Below, one piece after another: positions 62,423 through 64,000 of a DNA stretch of 64,000 bases. This stretch comes from a virus: the IMG/VR virus record IMGVR_UViG_3300049889_000020. One strand, 5' to 3'. The notes under the pieces were generated by a model. That model ran no database searches. It had not been told where the DNA came from and was given only the letters and a program-made list of their open reading frames with translations. A program made the translations under genes and the position numbers. The first letter of the stretch is position 1. Each line of letters starts with the position of its first letter.

Positions 62423-64000
62423 GTGGCGACACGGCTCTATTTCAACAACACCACAGCCCCCTATACCCCGCCCACCATTCGGGGCACCTGGAGCACTACC
62501 GCTAGCGCAGTCACAAAGTTGCTGGGCGCGGTACACGACACGGGTGCGCCAGCCACGGTCGCCATCGCTGAAGCGGTCACCACTAACCCCTACAACGTGC
62601 TGTGGGGAAGATGGGTCTCCGCACCAGCGGTAGCCGCAGGGAACCTCTCCGGCGTCGTCTCCTGGGCTGTCGGTGTCAAGGAATCGAGCCTTAGCGCCAA
62701 CGATTTCCTGCGCATTCACATTTACGTCACTACCGGTAGCACCGACACCCCGCGCGGCACGCTGCTCACCAACCTCACCGACACGGTCGAGTTCACCACC
62801 ACTGCCGCTGGCATCTCCGCCCTCGACAAAGCGATCAGCACCGTGGCCGTGCAGGTCGGTGACCGTGTCGTCGTAGAGATCGGCTACCAGGCGCAGAACA
62901 CCGTCACCACGCCGTTCACCGGCACCATGAACTACGGCGGCAACCAGTTCTTTCGGGACCTGCTCGCCAACGGCGCCGGAGCACGCGGCACCGACCCCGC
63001 TACCCGCTTTGGCTGGGTGCAGTTCTCCGACCCGAACAACGTGCTCGCCGCCGCCCCGGTCGCCGCCGCGAACCGCTGTTGGAATCCGTCAGCGAAGACC
63101 TTCCAGGACTTCTGGTCAACGGCGGCCGGGACCACGGTCACCTCACCCCCTCAGACCGGCTTCAGCCGCACCACCGGGCTGCACGTCGTCGTCGGAACCG
63201 CCGGGGACCCGAACGTCAACCTCCCCGTAGTCCCGGCAGGCGTCGGGGAGACGTGGTCGATCTCCGTCCAGGCCAAGGGGTCGATCACTGCCGGGAACAC
63301 CACAACCTGTTGGCTGAACTTCACTGACGCAAACGGGAGCTTCCTCACCCCGAACCCTTCCCAGAACATCACGCTATCCAGCACTGCACAAACAATCACG
63401 TTCAACAATTACACCGCGCCCGCCAACACCGCCTATGTCGGAATGTCCATCGAGGGCACCGCTGCGGTCGGCGACACTTTCGACGTCACCTGCGCCTATT
63501 ACGACATTGTCAGTGCCGTACCGGGCTATAACGATGGCGATTCCACGCTGTGGTCCTGGGACAATGGCCTCACTGACGGTGACTCGGCATCGCGCGCCCT
63601 GCCGGCGACCAACGCCAGCGCACCCACGGCCACCGCGACAGCAGCGGCGAACAACCCGAGCACCACTGTCGCTCCCGCCGCCCCGAGCGCCACCAGCGCC
63701 GCCAGTGCGCCGGCCCCGGCCGCCAGCGTCCGAGCCAACCCCACGACAGCGGCCAGCGCGGCCAGCGCCCCCGTCCCGTCGGTGTCAGTGGCCGCCAATG
63801 CGATCACTGCCACCGCTGTAGGCAGCGCCCCCGCCCCGTCAGTGGCGGTGCTGGGCAACGCGGTCACCTCGACCGCAGTGGGCACCGCCCCGGCCCCCAG
63901 CGTGTCGACCAGTGTCAGCGCCACAGCCGCCACCGCCACGGCCACGGCGGCAGCCCTGGGCGCCACCGGCAAGGTCTCGCCCACACCGGGGGTCGCCACT
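62423..64000 (+). CDS. large tail / receptor-binding-like protein, 3'-partial (absent from the ORF track because it has no stop in the window)
   Basis: GTG 62423 with TAGGAG 6 nt upstream. 526 open codons to the window end with strong codon bias. Contains a jelly-roll/CBM-like segment and C-terminal tandem repeats. Confidence 0.6.
   Translation, partial: MATRLYFNNTTAPYTPPTIRGTWSTTASAVTKLLGAVHDTGAPATVAIAEAVTTNPYNVLWGRWVSAPAVAAGNLSGVVSWAVGVKESSLSANDFLRIHIYVTTGSTDTPRGTLLTNLTDTVEFTTTAAGISALDKAISTVAVQVGDRVVVEIGYQAQNTVTTPFTGTMNYGGNQFFRDLLANGAGARGTDPATRFGWVQFSDPNNVLAAAPVAAANRCWNPSAKTFQDFWSTAAGTTVTSPPQTGFSRTTGLHVVVGTAGDPNVNLPVVPAGVGETWSISVQAKGSITAGNTTTCWLNFTDANGSFLTPNPSQNITLSSTAQTITFNNYTAPANTAYVGMSIEGTAAVGDTFDVTCAYYDIVSAVPGYNDGDSTLWSWDNGLTDGDSASRALPATNASAPTATATAAANNPSTTVAPAAPSATSAASAPAPAASVRANPTTAASAASAPVPSVSVAANAITATAVGSAPAPSVAVLGNAVTSTAVGTAPAPSVSTSVSATAATATATAAALGATGKVSPTPGVAT
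63690..63920 (+). repeat. in-frame 60-nt (20-aa) tandem repeats, about 4 copies
   Basis: Anchors GCCAGTGCGCCGGCCCCGGC (63701), GCCAGCGCCCCCGTCCCGTC (63761), GGCAGCGCCCCCGCCCCGTC (63821) and GGCACCGCCCCGGCCCCCAG (63881) are spaced exactly 60 nt apart. Confidence 0.65.

Larger units (their letters stand above)
9482..64000 (+). mobile_element. contractile-tailed phage late region (prophage or plasmid-prophage); right end not in window
   Basis: Collinear sigma factor, portal, MuF, protease, capsid, connector, sheath, tube, tape measure, baseplate, fibre and lysis genes. Confidence 0.75.

Noticed and set aside
1-64000. CRISPR arrays, rRNA genes, transposase/IS elements
   Set aside because: No regularly spaced direct repeats with unique spacers, no rRNA-like conserved stretches, and no transposase- or integrase-like ORFs were recognised anywhere in the window.

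Overview
Very GC-rich, actinobacterial-type mobile DNA; third codon positions are almost always G/C, which I used to separate real reading frames from the many spurious ORFs in the track. Three parts. (1) 1-8.9 kb: small unknown genes, including a tandem paralog pair and an HExxH peptidase-like gene, then a minus-strand conjugative-element-like module. That module holds a Zn-ribbon membrane protein, an FtsK/SpoIIIE TraB-like translocase with an iteron-like repeat array at its 3' end, a Pro/Ala-rich protein and a DUF2637-like membrane protein. A divergent GntR (Kor-like) regulator follows, and the segment ends at a minus-strand tRNA-like gene with an aberrant anticodon arm. (2) 9.4-11.7 kb: an element-encoded sigma-70/ECF-like sigma factor operon. 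Its promoter region shares about 35 nt with the GntR promoter region. (3) 11.8-64 kb: a complete contractile-tail (Mu/P2-like baseplate) phage late region. It contains portal, MuF-like, HK97-type protease and capsid genes, an IPT/TIG decoration-like protein, connector, tail completion, sheath, tube, chaperone with a frameshift extension, tape measure, LysM protein, hub lysin, spike, gp25-like, J-like, I-like and fibre genes, a GH25-like lysin with holin-like genes, and a receptor-binding-like ORF that runs off the window. No terminase, integrase or replication genes are visible. Most notable findings: the prohead-protease gene is one 3,644-codon ORF fused to a DarB-like N6-methyltransferase/SNF2-helicase polyvalent protein. 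It has an internal promoter and in-frame start just after the protease domain, and a 460-nt stretch whose true coding signature lies in another frame (an embedded 154-codon gene). A 2H-phosphoesterase fusion protein sits immediately upstream. A strand-biased CGTTCCGG box lies a fixed 21-22 nt upstream of many start codons. Moron cassettes (class F sortase with two secreted proteins, YdjM-like hydrolase with a coupled uORF, HIT hydrolase, MetE-like enzyme) are inserted in the head-tail and baseplate modules. All family names are assigned from motifs I recognise by eye; nothing was searched.
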